NCBI GenBank assembly: GCA_965116905.1
Contig: OZ220732.1
Coordinates: forward strand, 1,632,001-1,696,000
Reading direction: 5' to 3'
DNA length: 64,000 nt
Source: Longimicrobiales bacterium
Lineage (GTDB): Bacteria > Gemmatimonadota > Gemmatimonadetes > Longimicrobiales > Gaopeijiaceae
The notes beneath the pieces were generated by a model, which was not told where the DNA came from, did no database searches, and saw only the letters and a list, made by a program, of their open reading frames with translations. The position numbers were made by a program, and so were the translations under genes. The stretch's first letter is position 1. Each line of letters starts with the position of its first letter. This document shows, one piece after another, positions 1 to 8,415 of this stretch.

Positions 1-3000
1 GACTCGCGGGTCCCTCCGAACAATCCACCCACCGTGCGGGCGACCTGTGAGCCCTGCACGGTGCCGCGCGGTGGTGAGGTGCGGCTGAGGGCCGAAGCCT
101 CGGATCCGGACGGCGACCCGATTACCTACAGCTGGGAGGCCCCGCGAGGGACGTTCACGGGTGCCACCGACAGGCAGAACGCGCGCTGGACGGCACCGGA
201 CCGGATCGGGACGGTCGTCATCCGGGTCGAAGCCGCGGACAACCGGCGCGGGAGGGCGGTCGCGGAAGTGGCGATCAGAGTCGTGAACCGACCCCCGGTG
301 TTCGGTCCGTCGCTTCGTTTCGTGATCGCCGAAAACCGCGACGGCAGCGGCACGCCCATAACCCTGGGCCGCGTTCGCGCGACCGATCCCGATGGGGACG
401 ATTTCGAGCTCGCGCTGGCTTCGGACAACGACCGATTCATCCTCGATGCGGCGTCGGGGGCGCTGAGCTACATCGGCCCCGGCGAGGACTTCGAAACCGA
501 GCCGAACCGCTACGCGCTGACCGTGACGGCGACGGATTCGCTGGGCGGCGAAGCGCAGGCCGAGGTCGTGGTGAGCGTGGCCAATGTGAACGAGCGCCCG
601 GCGGCCATGGACGACACGCTGAGCGTGGCCGAGGACCGGAAAACGAGAGCGGATGTCCTGGCCAACGATGAGGATCCGGACCGCGGGGACCGGCTTCGCG
701 TGATCGAGGCGGGCGCGCCCGCACACGGGCAGACGCGAATCGTCGACGCAGGGGCGGCCGTGCAGTACGCGCCGGACCCGAACTATCACGGCCCCGACCG
801 CTTCACCTACGTCGTCGCCGACGCGGGCGGCCTTGCGGACACCGCGGCGGTCGAGGTCACGGTGACCCCGGTCAACGACGCGCCCGAAGCCACCGACGAC
901 CAGGCCGCCACCCTGGAAGACGAGGCGGTCGAGATCCCCGTGCTCGACAACGACACCGACATCGACGGCGATCCGCTCAGCGTCCGCAGCGTCTCGTCGC
1001 CCGGGCATGGCGCTGCCGAGGTCACGGCGGACGGTACGGGCGTCTCATACGTCCCGGACCCGAACTACCACGGCCTCGACCGCTTCACCTACGTGGTCGC
1101 CGACGACGGCGGCCTCGCCGACACCGCGACGGTCGAGGTCACGGTGACCCCGGTCAACGACGCGCCCGAAGCCGCCGACGACCAGGCCACAACCCTGGAG
1201 GACGAGGCGATCGAGATCCCCGTGCTCGACAACGACACGGATCTCGATGGCGACCGCTTGCGCGTCCGGAGCGTTTCACCCCCCGAACATGGCGCTGCCG
1301 AGGTCGCAGCGGACGGCGCGAACGTCTCGTACGTCCCGGACCCGAACTACCACGGCCCCGACCGCTTCACCTACGTGGTCGCCGACCCGGACGGCCTCGC
1401 CGACACAGCCAGCGTGGACGTGACCGTGGTGCCGGTCAACGACGGGCCGACGGCGGTGGGGACGATCCCCGATCAGCTGCTGGACGAGGGCGCAGACGGA
1501 GTGACGGTGGAACTTACGCCCTTCTTCACCGACATCGACGGCGATCCGCTGGTCTTCAGTGCCGAAACCTCCAGCGCGGACATCGTCACCGCGACGGTGA
1601 GCGGGGCGTCGCTCGTCCTGCTTCCGGTCGTCTATGGAGACGCCACGGTCATCGTGACGGCCACGGACCCCGGCGGACTGGCCGCGACCCAGCGCGTGGC
1701 TGTTGGTGTTAGCGACCGGGCGGGACGAGCCGTCCTGAACGACGCATTCGCCGCCATGGCGCGGTCCTACCTTTCAAGCGCCCGCATGACGCTCGAACGA
1801 CGCGTCGCGCCCGGCACTCACCCGGGAAGTACCGATGCCGGCCGACAGTCGGGGCTGCGCGTCAACGGCCGAACCGTGGCGCTCCCGGATCTCCGGAACC
1901 TCCCGGACCTCCCGGACGGGCTCCGTGACGGGCACAGCTTCTGGGACGCGGCAACGCGGATCGTGGCCGGATGGCTGCCCGACCCCGGGAGCATGGCGGC
2001 GACGCCGAACGCGCCTCGGCTCGCAAACCCGCTGAACCGAATCCGACCTCCAGCCGCAATCTCCGCCACGGACTTCACCTTTGGCTGGCGAGGTCAGGCC
2101 GCCGACTCGGCACGCCCCGCAGTCGCGTGGTCGCTGTGGGGCCAGACGGACGTGCAGCGCTACGATGGCGGCAGCGCCGAGCTGGGGGCGGGGCCGGGCG
2201 GAATCTCCGGCGACTACGACGGCGACCTGCGCATCGGATACCTGGGGCTCGACGCCCGGCTTTCGGGTTGGCTCTTCGGCCTCGCGGTCGGCCGCAGCCG
2301 GGGCAGCGGCGACTGGAACGCCGGGACGGCGAGCGGCCGGCTGAGCACCTCCATGACGTCGGTTCATCCATACCTGCGCTGGTCCAGAGGGGCCACCGCA
2401 GTCTGGACGACATTCGGCGGGGGCAGCGGAGAGGCCCGCAACGAACGCGCCGCAACGGGCAAGGTCGGCACCAGCCCGCTGAGCCTTGCCATGGGACTCG
2501 TTGAAGTGCGGCGGCGGCTGGGACCGGTGGGCGGCCCCGTCGCGTTCGGACTCAGGGCCGACGCGGGATGGGCCAGCCTGTCGACCGGCGAGGGCACGGA
2601 GACGGTCGACGACCTGCGCGGCCGCGTGCACCAGGCCCGCCTCGGCCTTGACGTGCGAAGCGAGATGCGGGTCGGCGACGCGGGACTCGCCCCATTCGGC
2701 GCCGTGCACCTGCGCAATGATGGCGGCGACGGCCGGACCGGGCGCGGCGTGGAGCTGTCCGGCGGACTGCGTACGCAGATCGGCGTCGTCGGCCTTGACG
2801 TGCAGGGGCGATGGCTCGCCTTCCATTCGGCCACCAGCTACGGCGAAAGCGGCGCCGGCCTGACCCTGACGGTGGGCGGGCGCGAAGAGGAGGGATTCTC
2901 GCTGTCCGCGTCGCCTCATTGGGGCGGCCAGACCAGGGGCGGCTTCGCGCTCTGGCAGGACCGCCCGCCCGGCATGACGCCGGGACCCCCAGGCATGACG

Positions 3001-3207
3001 CCGGGCATGACGCCGACGCCGGGACCCGACATCCCCGCGGGCTGGACGATGGACGTGCGTGGCGCTTACAGGGCGCGGCTCGGGGGCCAACTGCTCGAAG
3101 TCGCCACCGTGTACGATCACGCGTCGGGCGCCCCACGCCTGCAACTGACGGGACGCATCGGCCTCGAACGCGCGAACCCGTTGGCTTCTCGCCGGCCACA
3201 CGGCTAG
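1..3207 (+). CDS. Large surface adhesin-like protein (5'-truncated): PKD/Ig-like, cadherin-like and three Big_9/cadherin-like repeats, then a C-terminal autotransporter-like beta-barrel
   Basis: Frame is open from base 1 to TAG at 3205-3207. Repeated motifs VNDAPEAxDD, VLDNDTDxDGD and YxPDPNYHGxDRFTYVV. The C-terminal ~350 aa are amphipathic beta-strands (WSLWGQ, VHPYLRW, GVELSGGLR). Confidence 0.8.
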   Translation, partial: DSRVPPNNPPTVRATCEPCTVPRGGEVRLRAEASDPDGDPITYSWEAPRGTFTGATDRQNARWTAPDRIGTVVIRVEAADNRRGRAVAEVAIRVVNRPPVFGPSLRFVIAENRDGSGTPITLGRVRATDPDGDDFELALASDNDRFILDAASGALSYIGPGEDFETEPNRYALTVTATDSLGGEAQAEVVVSVANVNERPAAMDDTLSVAEDRKTRADVLANDEDPDRGDRLRVIEAGAPAHGQTRIVDAGAAVQYAPDPNYHGPDRFTYVVADAGGLADTAAVEVTVTPVNDAPEATDDQAATLEDEAVEIPVLDNDTDIDGDPLSVRSVSSPGHGAAEVTADGTGVSYVPDPNYHGLDRFTYVVADDGGLADTATVEVTVTPVNDAPEAADDQATTLEDEAIEIPVLDNDTDLDGDRLRVRSVSPPEHGAAEVAADGANVSYVPDPNYHGPDRFTYVVADPDGLADTASVDVTVVPVNDGPTAVGTIPDQLLDEGADGVTVELTPFFTDIDGDPLVFSAETSSADIVTATVSGASLVLLPVVYGDATVIVTATDPGGLAATQRVAVGVSDRAGRAVLNDAFAAMARSYLSSARMTLERRVAPGTHPGSTDAGRQSGLRVNGRTVALPDLRNLPDLPDGLRDGHSFWDAATRIVAGWLPDPGSMAATPNAPRLANPLNRIRPPAAISATDFTFGWRGQAADSARPAVAWSLWGQTDVQRYDGGSAELGAGPGGISGDYDGDLRIGYLGLDARLSGWLFGLAVGRSRGSGDWNAGTASGRLSTSMTSVHPYLRWSRGATAVWTTFGGGSGEARNERAATGKVGTSPLSLAMGLVEVRRRLGPVGGPVAFGLRADAGWASLSTGEGTETVDDLRGRVHQARLGLDVRSEMRVGDAGLAPFGAVHLRNDGGDGRTGRGVELSGGLRTQIGVVGLDVQGRWLAFHSATSYGESGAGLTLTVGGREEEGFSLSASPHWGGQTRGGFALWQDRPPGMTPGPPGMTPGMTPTPGPDIPAGWTMDVRGAYRARLGGQLLEVATVYDHASGAPRLQLTGRIGLERANPLASRRPHG
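586..1440 (+). repeat. Three tandem 282-bp (94-aa) intragenic domain repeats
   Basis: GACCCGAACTAYCACGGCC recurs at 775, 1057 and 1339 (period 282). Confidence 0.9.
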
Positions 3208-3216
3208 CATTCCGAC

Positions 3217-4143
3217 ATGAAGTGGATCACCGCGAGAGCCTGGCCCGGCCTCTGCATCCTGGGCCTCTCCATGACCGCCCCGGCGGCGGCCTCGGGCCAG
3301 ACCGTGTTCGCCTCCACGCAGTCGGCGACGTTGCCGACCGCGGCCCCCTCCGACGCCGGCGACATACTGGTCGAGATTTCCCACAGGTTCGGTCACCTGT
3401 CAGACGGCCCGAGCGATCTGTGGGGGCTGGATGGATTCGTACTGAATCGCCTTGGGCTGGCGTTCGCGCCCGCCGACGCCCTCACGATCGGGATTCTCCG
3501 GTCCAACAGCCTGGACAACACCGAGCTCAATGCGCGTTTCGCGGGACTGGGATTCGATGCCCCCACGGGCCTCATCGAGTTCGCCGCGCAAGCCGGGGTG
3601 GCGTGGAACCTGCAAGTCGATACGGACGACGGTCACGTGGGCCATCAGCACGTGATTCTGCTGGCCGACAAGGCGGGGACCGCCGATAACCCGCGGACCG
3701 CCGACAACGCGGGGACCGCCGACCGCGGCCGCGACGACACGGCTCAGGAAAACGAGATGCAGGCCTACGCCCAGGTGATCGCCAACGCGATGGTCGCCGG
3801 TCGCGTCGCGCTCGGTGTCGTGCCCACCCTCCTGTGGAATCCCCGGATTCAGGACGCCGACCCCGTGTCGACCGTTTCAGTCGGCGTCAACGGTCAGCTG
3901 TACCTCGACCGCACGTGGAGCGTATTTGGCGAGTGGATCTTCAGTCAGCCCAGGAAGGATCAGGAGTACGACTCCGGCTCGTTCGGCGTCGAAATCCGCA
4001 CACGCGGGCACTTCTTCAAGCTCCTGGTCACCAATCAACATCAGATGAACCCGACTCAGACCCTCGCCGGCGCCGCCGCCGATTTCCTCGACCCGGACTC
4101 CTGGCGCCTCGGCTTCAACATCCAGCGGCGAATGCGTTTCTGA
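3217..4143 (+). CDS. Outer-membrane beta-barrel protein, DUF5777-like
   Basis: Signal peptide; motifs EISHRFG, GHFFKLLVTN and a C-terminal WRLGFNIQRRMRF ending in Phe. Confidence 0.7.
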   Translation: MKWITARAWPGLCILGLSMTAPAAASGQTVFASTQSATLPTAAPSDAGDILVEISHRFGHLSDGPSDLWGLDGFVLNRLGLAFAPADALTIGILRSNSLDNTELNARFAGLGFDAPTGLIEFAAQAGVAWNLQVDTDDGHVGHQHVILLADKAGTADNPRTADNAGTADRGRDDTAQENEMQAYAQVIANAMVAGRVALGVVPTLLWNPRIQDADPVSTVSVGVNGQLYLDRTWSVFGEWIFSQPRKDQEYDSGSFGVEIRTRGHFFKLLVTNQHQMNPTQTLAGAAADFLDPDSWRLGFNIQRRMRF

Positions 4144-4150
4144 TCGGCTA

Positions 4151-4242
4151 ACCGACAATCGGCGGGGTCTGTGACCGACAATCTGCGGGGCCTCCAACCG
4201 ACAATTGGCCGCTTCCCTGATCGACACATGGCCGCTACTTTT
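4151..4242 (+). repeat. Array of four degenerate direct repeats (core AYCGACAMW), 23-bp period, directly upstream of AAA ATPase #1
   Basis: accgacaatc at 4151 and 4174, accgacaatt at 4197, atcgacacat at 4220. Confidence 0.85.
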
Positions 4243-4247
4243 CGACC

Positions 4248-5498
4248 ATGCTCGATTCCCGCACGCTTTACCCGCGCCCACTGGCTTCGGTCCTCCACGA
4301 TGCCTTGGCCGACACACCCGTGATATGCCTCACCGGGCCGCGCCAGAGCGGCAAGACCACCCTGGTGCGCGCCTTGATGCCGGAGCGTCCCTATTTCAGT
4401 CTTGACCATCCTCCATATCTCTCCGCCGCCAAAGCGGATCCCGCGGGTTTCGTCGCTGCGCTCCCCAGGGAGGTCACCATTGACGAGATCCAGCGTGCAC
4501 CGGAGTTGCTCCCCGCCATCAAGCTGTCGGTGGATCTTGATCGGCGTCCTGGCCGCTTCGTCCTGACCGGCTCGGCCAATCTTCTGCTGTTGCCCAAGGT
4601 CACGGAGTCGTTGGCCGGACGCATGGAGATCGCTCGCCTCATGCCACTTTGCGAGGCCGAGAAGGACCGTCGACCCGGGCTTTTCCTCGCCGACCTCCTG
4701 GCGGGAGCGGTCGCCCCCGCGTTGCGCGCCGGCGGACGGCTGCCGGACTCCGATGATCTCGCGCGCCGGCTGGTGGCCGGTGGATACCCGGAACCGCTGG
4801 CCCGCACTCCAGCTCGCGCACGCCAGTGGCATCGGCAATACGTGCGGAGCATTGTCGACCGCGATGTTCTGGACGTGGGAAGGGTGCGCGATGCCGATGG
4901 CGTCGCGCACCTGTTGCGTCTCCTGGCCGTGCGTAACGGTGAACTCCTCAACACCGCCGGCTTGTCACGCGAACTCGGCCTGCACCGAGCCACGGTCCGG
5001 GAGTACATCGCGGTGTTGGAACGACTGTTCCTGGTTCGACGCCTCCTGCCCTGGCACCGCAACGTCGGCAGGCGGCTGGTGAGGACACCGAAGATGCACA
5101 TGGTCGACAGTGGGCTCGCCGCCAGCCTGGCCGGGCTCGGGCCCGGAGACTGGATCGGAAAGCGGGATCGCATGGGGCATCTGCTGGAGTCCTTCGTAAC
5201 GCAGCAGCTGGTCACGTTGGCCGGATGGACCGACCCCGACCTCCGCTTCTGGCACTTTCGTGACAGGGATGGGCGGGAAGTCGACCTCGTTATGACTCTG
5301 GGCGCGCGCACGTGGGGCATCGAGGTGAAGGCGACGAGCACGCCGGGACGGTCCGCGGGACGAGGCCTGGCGCGCCTGGCGGCCCTTTGCGGAGACGATT
5401 TTGCAGGTGGCATCGTGCTGTACAACGGCCGCGACATTCTGCCGCTCGCAGGCGATAGGATGGTGGCCGTACCGTTGAGCGAGCTTTGGGAGCGGTAG
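4248..5498 (+). CDS. AAA+ ATPase (AAA_14) with C-terminal DUF4143 / PD-(D/E)XK-like domain, paralog 1
   Basis: Walker A GPRQSGKT, Walker B IDEIQ, LTGSA, ESLAGR, GGYPE, KMHMVDSGL, EVDLV...IEVKA. Confidence 0.9.
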   Translation: MLDSRTLYPRPLASVLHDALADTPVICLTGPRQSGKTTLVRALMPERPYFSLDHPPYLSAAKADPAGFVAALPREVTIDEIQRAPELLPAIKLSVDLDRRPGRFVLTGSANLLLLPKVTESLAGRMEIARLMPLCEAEKDRRPGLFLADLLAGAVAPALRAGGRLPDSDDLARRLVAGGYPEPLARTPARARQWHRQYVRSIVDRDVLDVGRVRDADGVAHLLRLLAVRNGELLNTAGLSRELGLHRATVREYIAVLERLFLVRRLLPWHRNVGRRLVRTPKMHMVDSGLAASLAGLGPGDWIGKRDRMGHLLESFVTQQLVTLAGWTDPDLRFWHFRDRDGREVDLVMTLGARTWGIEVKATSTPGRSAGRGLARLAALCGDDFAGGIVLYNGRDILPLAGDRMVAVPLSELWER

Positions 5499-5564
5499 CC
5501 GCCACTGCTGCCACCAGCCGTGCCCTCGATGTCGTCCTGGCCGCCCGACCCGGCGCCCAGCCCT

Positions 5565-5589
5565 TGTCCAAAACGGCGGGTTTTGGACA
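5565..5589. promoter_or_regulatory. Perfect AT-rich inverted repeat TGTCCAAAAC-N5-GTTTTGGACA (operator-like site or hairpin)
   Basis: Perfect 10-bp arms at 5565-5574 and 5580-5589; function not established. Confidence 0.45.
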
Positions 5590-5634
5590 GATTCATCGGT
5601 CGGGAAAGCGGCATCACGGGGGGAGAGGGCCACC

Positions 5635-6228
5635 ATGAGCGAGAAACCAGGCGAACTCTCGGTCAACGTCAACGTCAATGTTCCGGCTGCGTCGCAGGCG
5701 GAGCATGCGCCCCCGTACTCGACGGGCCTCAGCTACGGACTGTGGTGCGCAGGACTGGCGGGCGCCTGCGGGATCCACCGCCTCTACCTGGGCAAGTTCG
5801 GCACGGGTGTGCTTTGGCTGCTCACCTTCGGGCTGCTGGGCGTCGGCCAGGTCATCGACCTCCTCAGGATGAAGTCGCTGGTGAAGGACGCCAACATCCG
5901 TGAGGGACGCGTCCCGCATCCGTTCCAGTTGGCGCGCGCCGGGACGGCGGCCGGTGAAGCGGCGGTCGGGCAGGCGGCGATCGGTCCGGGCGAAGCGGGC
6001 CGCAGGCCTTCCCAACCCCTGAACCTGCGCCAGCAGCTGCTGAAAGCCGCGATGGGCAACGGTGGGGAGATCACGGTGAGCCAGGGCGTGATGGCGACCG
6101 GCCGCTCGTTCGAGGAAATCGAGAGCGTGCTGAACAAGATGGCCGACAAGGGGTATGTGGATGTGGACAACGCGCCCGGCACGGGTGTCGTCGTCTATCG
6201 GTTTCCCGAGCTGGTGACCCGGCCATGA
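5635..6228 (+). CDS. TM2-domain membrane protein with C-terminal winged-helix-like region
   Basis: TM2 signature GIHRLYLGKFGTGVLWLLTFGLLGVGQVIDLL; GAGAGG SD upstream. Confidence 0.85.
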   Translation: MSEKPGELSVNVNVNVPAASQAEHAPPYSTGLSYGLWCAGLAGACGIHRLYLGKFGTGVLWLLTFGLLGVGQVIDLLRMKSLVKDANIREGRVPHPFQLARAGTAAGEAAVGQAAIGPGEAGRRPSQPLNLRQQLLKAAMGNGGEITVSQGVMATGRSFEEIESVLNKMADKGYVDVDNAPGTGVVVYRFPELVTRP

Positions 6229-6341
6229 TCCACGCATCCGACATTCGAGCCCTCTTCTCCGACGGCTCCCGTTTCGCCCGCGGCGCGACCTGCGCCTGTA
6301 TGTGTCGGCCGCCATGCGCCGACCGGGTCAGGTTGTGTTGA
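6225..6341 (+). CDS. Cys-rich leader peptide (38 aa, MIHASDIRALFSDGSRFARGATCACMCRPPCADRVRLC), putative attenuator uORF
   Basis: ATG at 6225 overlaps the TM2 stop (ATGA); 5 Cys and 1 Met in the last 16 codons; followed by a terminator. Below the size cut-off of the ORF track. Confidence 0.65.
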   Translation: MIHASDIRALFSDGSRFARGATCACMCRPPCADRVRLC

Positions 6342-6374
6342 TGCGCTGAGCCTCACGCAGGCAAACCGCTTCCC

Positions 6375-6409
6375 AAGCCGCCCCGGTCGTTCGATCCGGG
6401 CGGCTTTTT
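6375..6409 (+). terminator. Intrinsic terminator (attenuator 3:4 hairpin)
   Basis: AAGCCGCCCCGG...CCGGGCGGC stem followed by TTTTT. Confidence 0.8.
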
Positions 6410-6434
6410 CGTGCCCGCGTCGCGCTTTCCTCCA

Positions 6435-6506
6435 CCCCTCTCCAACACGAGACCCCTCTCCAACACGAGACCCCTCTCCAACACGAGGCCCCTCTCCAAC
6501 ACGAGG
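6435..6506 (+). repeat. 4 x 18-bp tandem repeat CCCCTCTCCAACACGAGR ending at the RBS of the ATP-grasp gene
   Basis: Units start at 6435, 6453, 6471 and 6489. Confidence 0.95.
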
Positions 6507-6514
6507 CAATAGAC

Positions 6515-7540
6515 ATGTTCAGCACCGTTCTTCCAACGATAAACGTCCTCTACGAAAACCCCGCCTGGATTCCGCCGCTGCGGGAGGCGCTGGAGCGCGA
6601 GGGCTTCCGGGTGCACCTCGTGCACGTGAACGAGGGGAGCATCGACGCGTCGGCGCTGCCGCCCGACGGCATCTGGATGAATCGCATCAGCCCGTCGTCG
6701 CACACCCGCGGCCATGTCCACACGGTGGAGCTGACGCGACAGCTCCTGTACTGGCTGGAGTATCACGGCCGGCGGGTGATCAACGGACTGCCGGCGTTCG
6801 AGCTGGAGATGAGCAAGCTGCGGCAGGACCTCGTTCTGCGGCGGCACGGGATCCGGACGCCCCGCACGGTGCTTGCCGTCGGGAGGAAGCATCTGCTCGG
6901 GGCGGCCGCCACCTTCGACGGCCCGTTCATCACGAAGCACGACCAGGGGGGGAAGGGGCTGGGCATCCGGCACTTTCGCAGCGTCGCGGAACTCGAGGGG
7001 CATCTCGACGGCGGCGGATTCGACGCCGGGCCTGGGGCCAGGGTGATCCTGCAGGAGTATGTCCGCGCGCCCGAGCCGTTCATCACGAGGGTCGAGATCG
7101 TCGGCGGCCGCTTCGTGTTTGCCATGCGGAGTTCGACGGCGGACGGCTTCGAGCTGTGCCCGTCGGACGTGTGCAATCCGATGCCGGTGGGGGCGGGCGG
7201 GGGCGGCCAGGGTTCGGCGGGCGTGGGTGCACCCGGCCTCTTTGCCCCGTCGCCGCTCACCGCGGACGACCCGCTCGTGCAGCAGTACGTCCGGCTGTGC
7301 CTGGAGGAGGGGATCGAGGTTGCCGGGATCGAGTTCGTGGAGGACGCGCAGGGCAACCGCTACACCTACGACATCAACGGCACGACCAACTATAACCAGG
7401 CGCTCGGCGCGCAGATGGGCGTAGACGGGATGCGCCAGGTGGCGCGGTACGTCCGGCGGGTGGCTGTGGGGGAGCGGCGGGCGGGGCTGCCGAGGCGGCG
7501 GCAGCGGCGGCGGGCTCGTGTGCGACGAGCCACGTGTTGA
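6515..7540 (+). CDS. RimK-like ATP-grasp ligase (alpha-L-glutamate ligase / glutathione synthetase-like)
   Basis: NRISPSSHTRGH, VING, ITKHDQGGKGLGI, ILQEYV, AGIEF, YDINGTTNYN. Confidence 0.8.
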   Translation: MFSTVLPTINVLYENPAWIPPLREALEREGFRVHLVHVNEGSIDASALPPDGIWMNRISPSSHTRGHVHTVELTRQLLYWLEYHGRRVINGLPAFELEMSKLRQDLVLRRHGIRTPRTVLAVGRKHLLGAAATFDGPFITKHDQGGKGLGIRHFRSVAELEGHLDGGGFDAGPGARVILQEYVRAPEPFITRVEIVGGRFVFAMRSSTADGFELCPSDVCNPMPVGAGGGGQGSAGVGAPGLFAPSPLTADDPLVQQYVRLCLEEGIEVAGIEFVEDAQGNRYTYDINGTTNYNQALGAQMGVDGMRQVARYVRRVAVGERRAGLPRRRQRRRARVRRATC

Positions 7541-7622
7541 GCGCGGCGGCTTGGGCTTGACGCTCGGGCAGGTTAGTCATAGAACGACTTATGCATCACT
7601 AATTGAGCCACACGGAGGGCAC

Positions 7623-7832
7623 ATGAGGCGGACAGAGGGTGGCGCGTCGCTCAACCGGGCGGCCGTCAAGCTGCTGCGTCGGGGGGTCGGGCCGGAGGAA
7701 CACGGGCCGCGAGACAACACGGTCGGCTCCTCGCTGGACCACCTGATCGGAACTTGGAGCAACGCGGAGGCGGACGAATTCGAGCGGGCACTGCGGCACT
7801 TCGAGACTATTGACGAAGCCATGTGGGAATGA
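7623..7832 (+). pseudogene. N-terminally truncated type II antitoxin-like ORF (ribbon-helix-helix/VapB-like remnant)
   Basis: SLNRAAVKLLRRG...LDHLIGTWSNAEADEFERALRHFETIDEAMWE resembles antitoxins usually paired with PIN toxins. The N-terminal strand and first helix appear to be missing. GGAGG SD present. Confidence 0.5.
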
Positions 7833-8308
7833 TCAGATGGGAACGGGGCCGCGACCGAACGTTCGTAGCCGAGCATCGCGGCGGCATGCTGCGAAGAGAG
7901 GACCACCGCTTGCTGGCCGCGTGGGCCGCAGCTTGCGCTGAACACGTGCTCGGCCTGTTCTGGGACGATCCGGAGGACGACCGGCCCATCCACTCGGTGC
8001 GTCAAGCCGAGGGCTGGGCACGGGGGGAAGTCGCCACCGGTACTGTCATGCGATCGGCGTACGCCGCCCACGCCGCGGCACGGACATCCGCGGGGGCGGC
8101 CCGGGCCGCAGCACGCGCAGCGGGCCATGCGGCTGCGACATCGCACATGGCCGACCACAGCCTGGTGGCCGCAAGCTACGCGCTCCAGGCGGTTGCACAG
8201 GGGGGCGCCGATATGGAACGGGAACGTCGCCGGCAAGACCGGATGCTTCCTACGGCCGTCCGCCCACTGGTGCTGGACCGGCGCGCAGATCGCTTGGGTC
8301 AGGCCTAA
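7829..8308 (+). CDS. Putative immunity protein (Imm5-like, Ala-rich helical)
   Basis: DHRLLAAWAAACAEHVL...DDRP...AHAAAR...AARAAGHAAATSHMADH pattern; ATGA overlap with the upstream ORF. Confidence 0.65.
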   Translation: MIRWERGRDRTFVAEHRGGMLRREDHRLLAAWAAACAEHVLGLFWDDPEDDRPIHSVRQAEGWARGEVATGTVMRSAYAAHAAARTSAGAARAAARAAGHAAATSHMADHSLVAASYALQAVAQGGADMERERRRQDRMLPTAVRPLVLDRRADRLGQA

Positions 8309-8349
8309 TCCTGGGGGCAGACGGGCGCGCCCACAGCTGCGAGCCGCTC

Positions 8350-8410
8350 TCGGCCAAATGCAAGAAATCAAATCGGCCAAATGAAATATTTATAATCGTC
8401 CAATTGAAAG
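8350..8410 (+). repeat. Three direct repeats TCGGCCAAATG(A/C)AA, 23-bp period, downstream of AAA ATPase #2
   Basis: Copies at 8350, 8373 and 8396 (last is tcgtccaattgaaag). Confidence 0.9.
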
Positions 8411-8415
8411 ATTGA

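Noticed and set aside
6435..6506. Possible CRISPR array
   Set aside because: The units are contiguous with no unique spacers and there are no cas genes; it is a simple tandem repeat.
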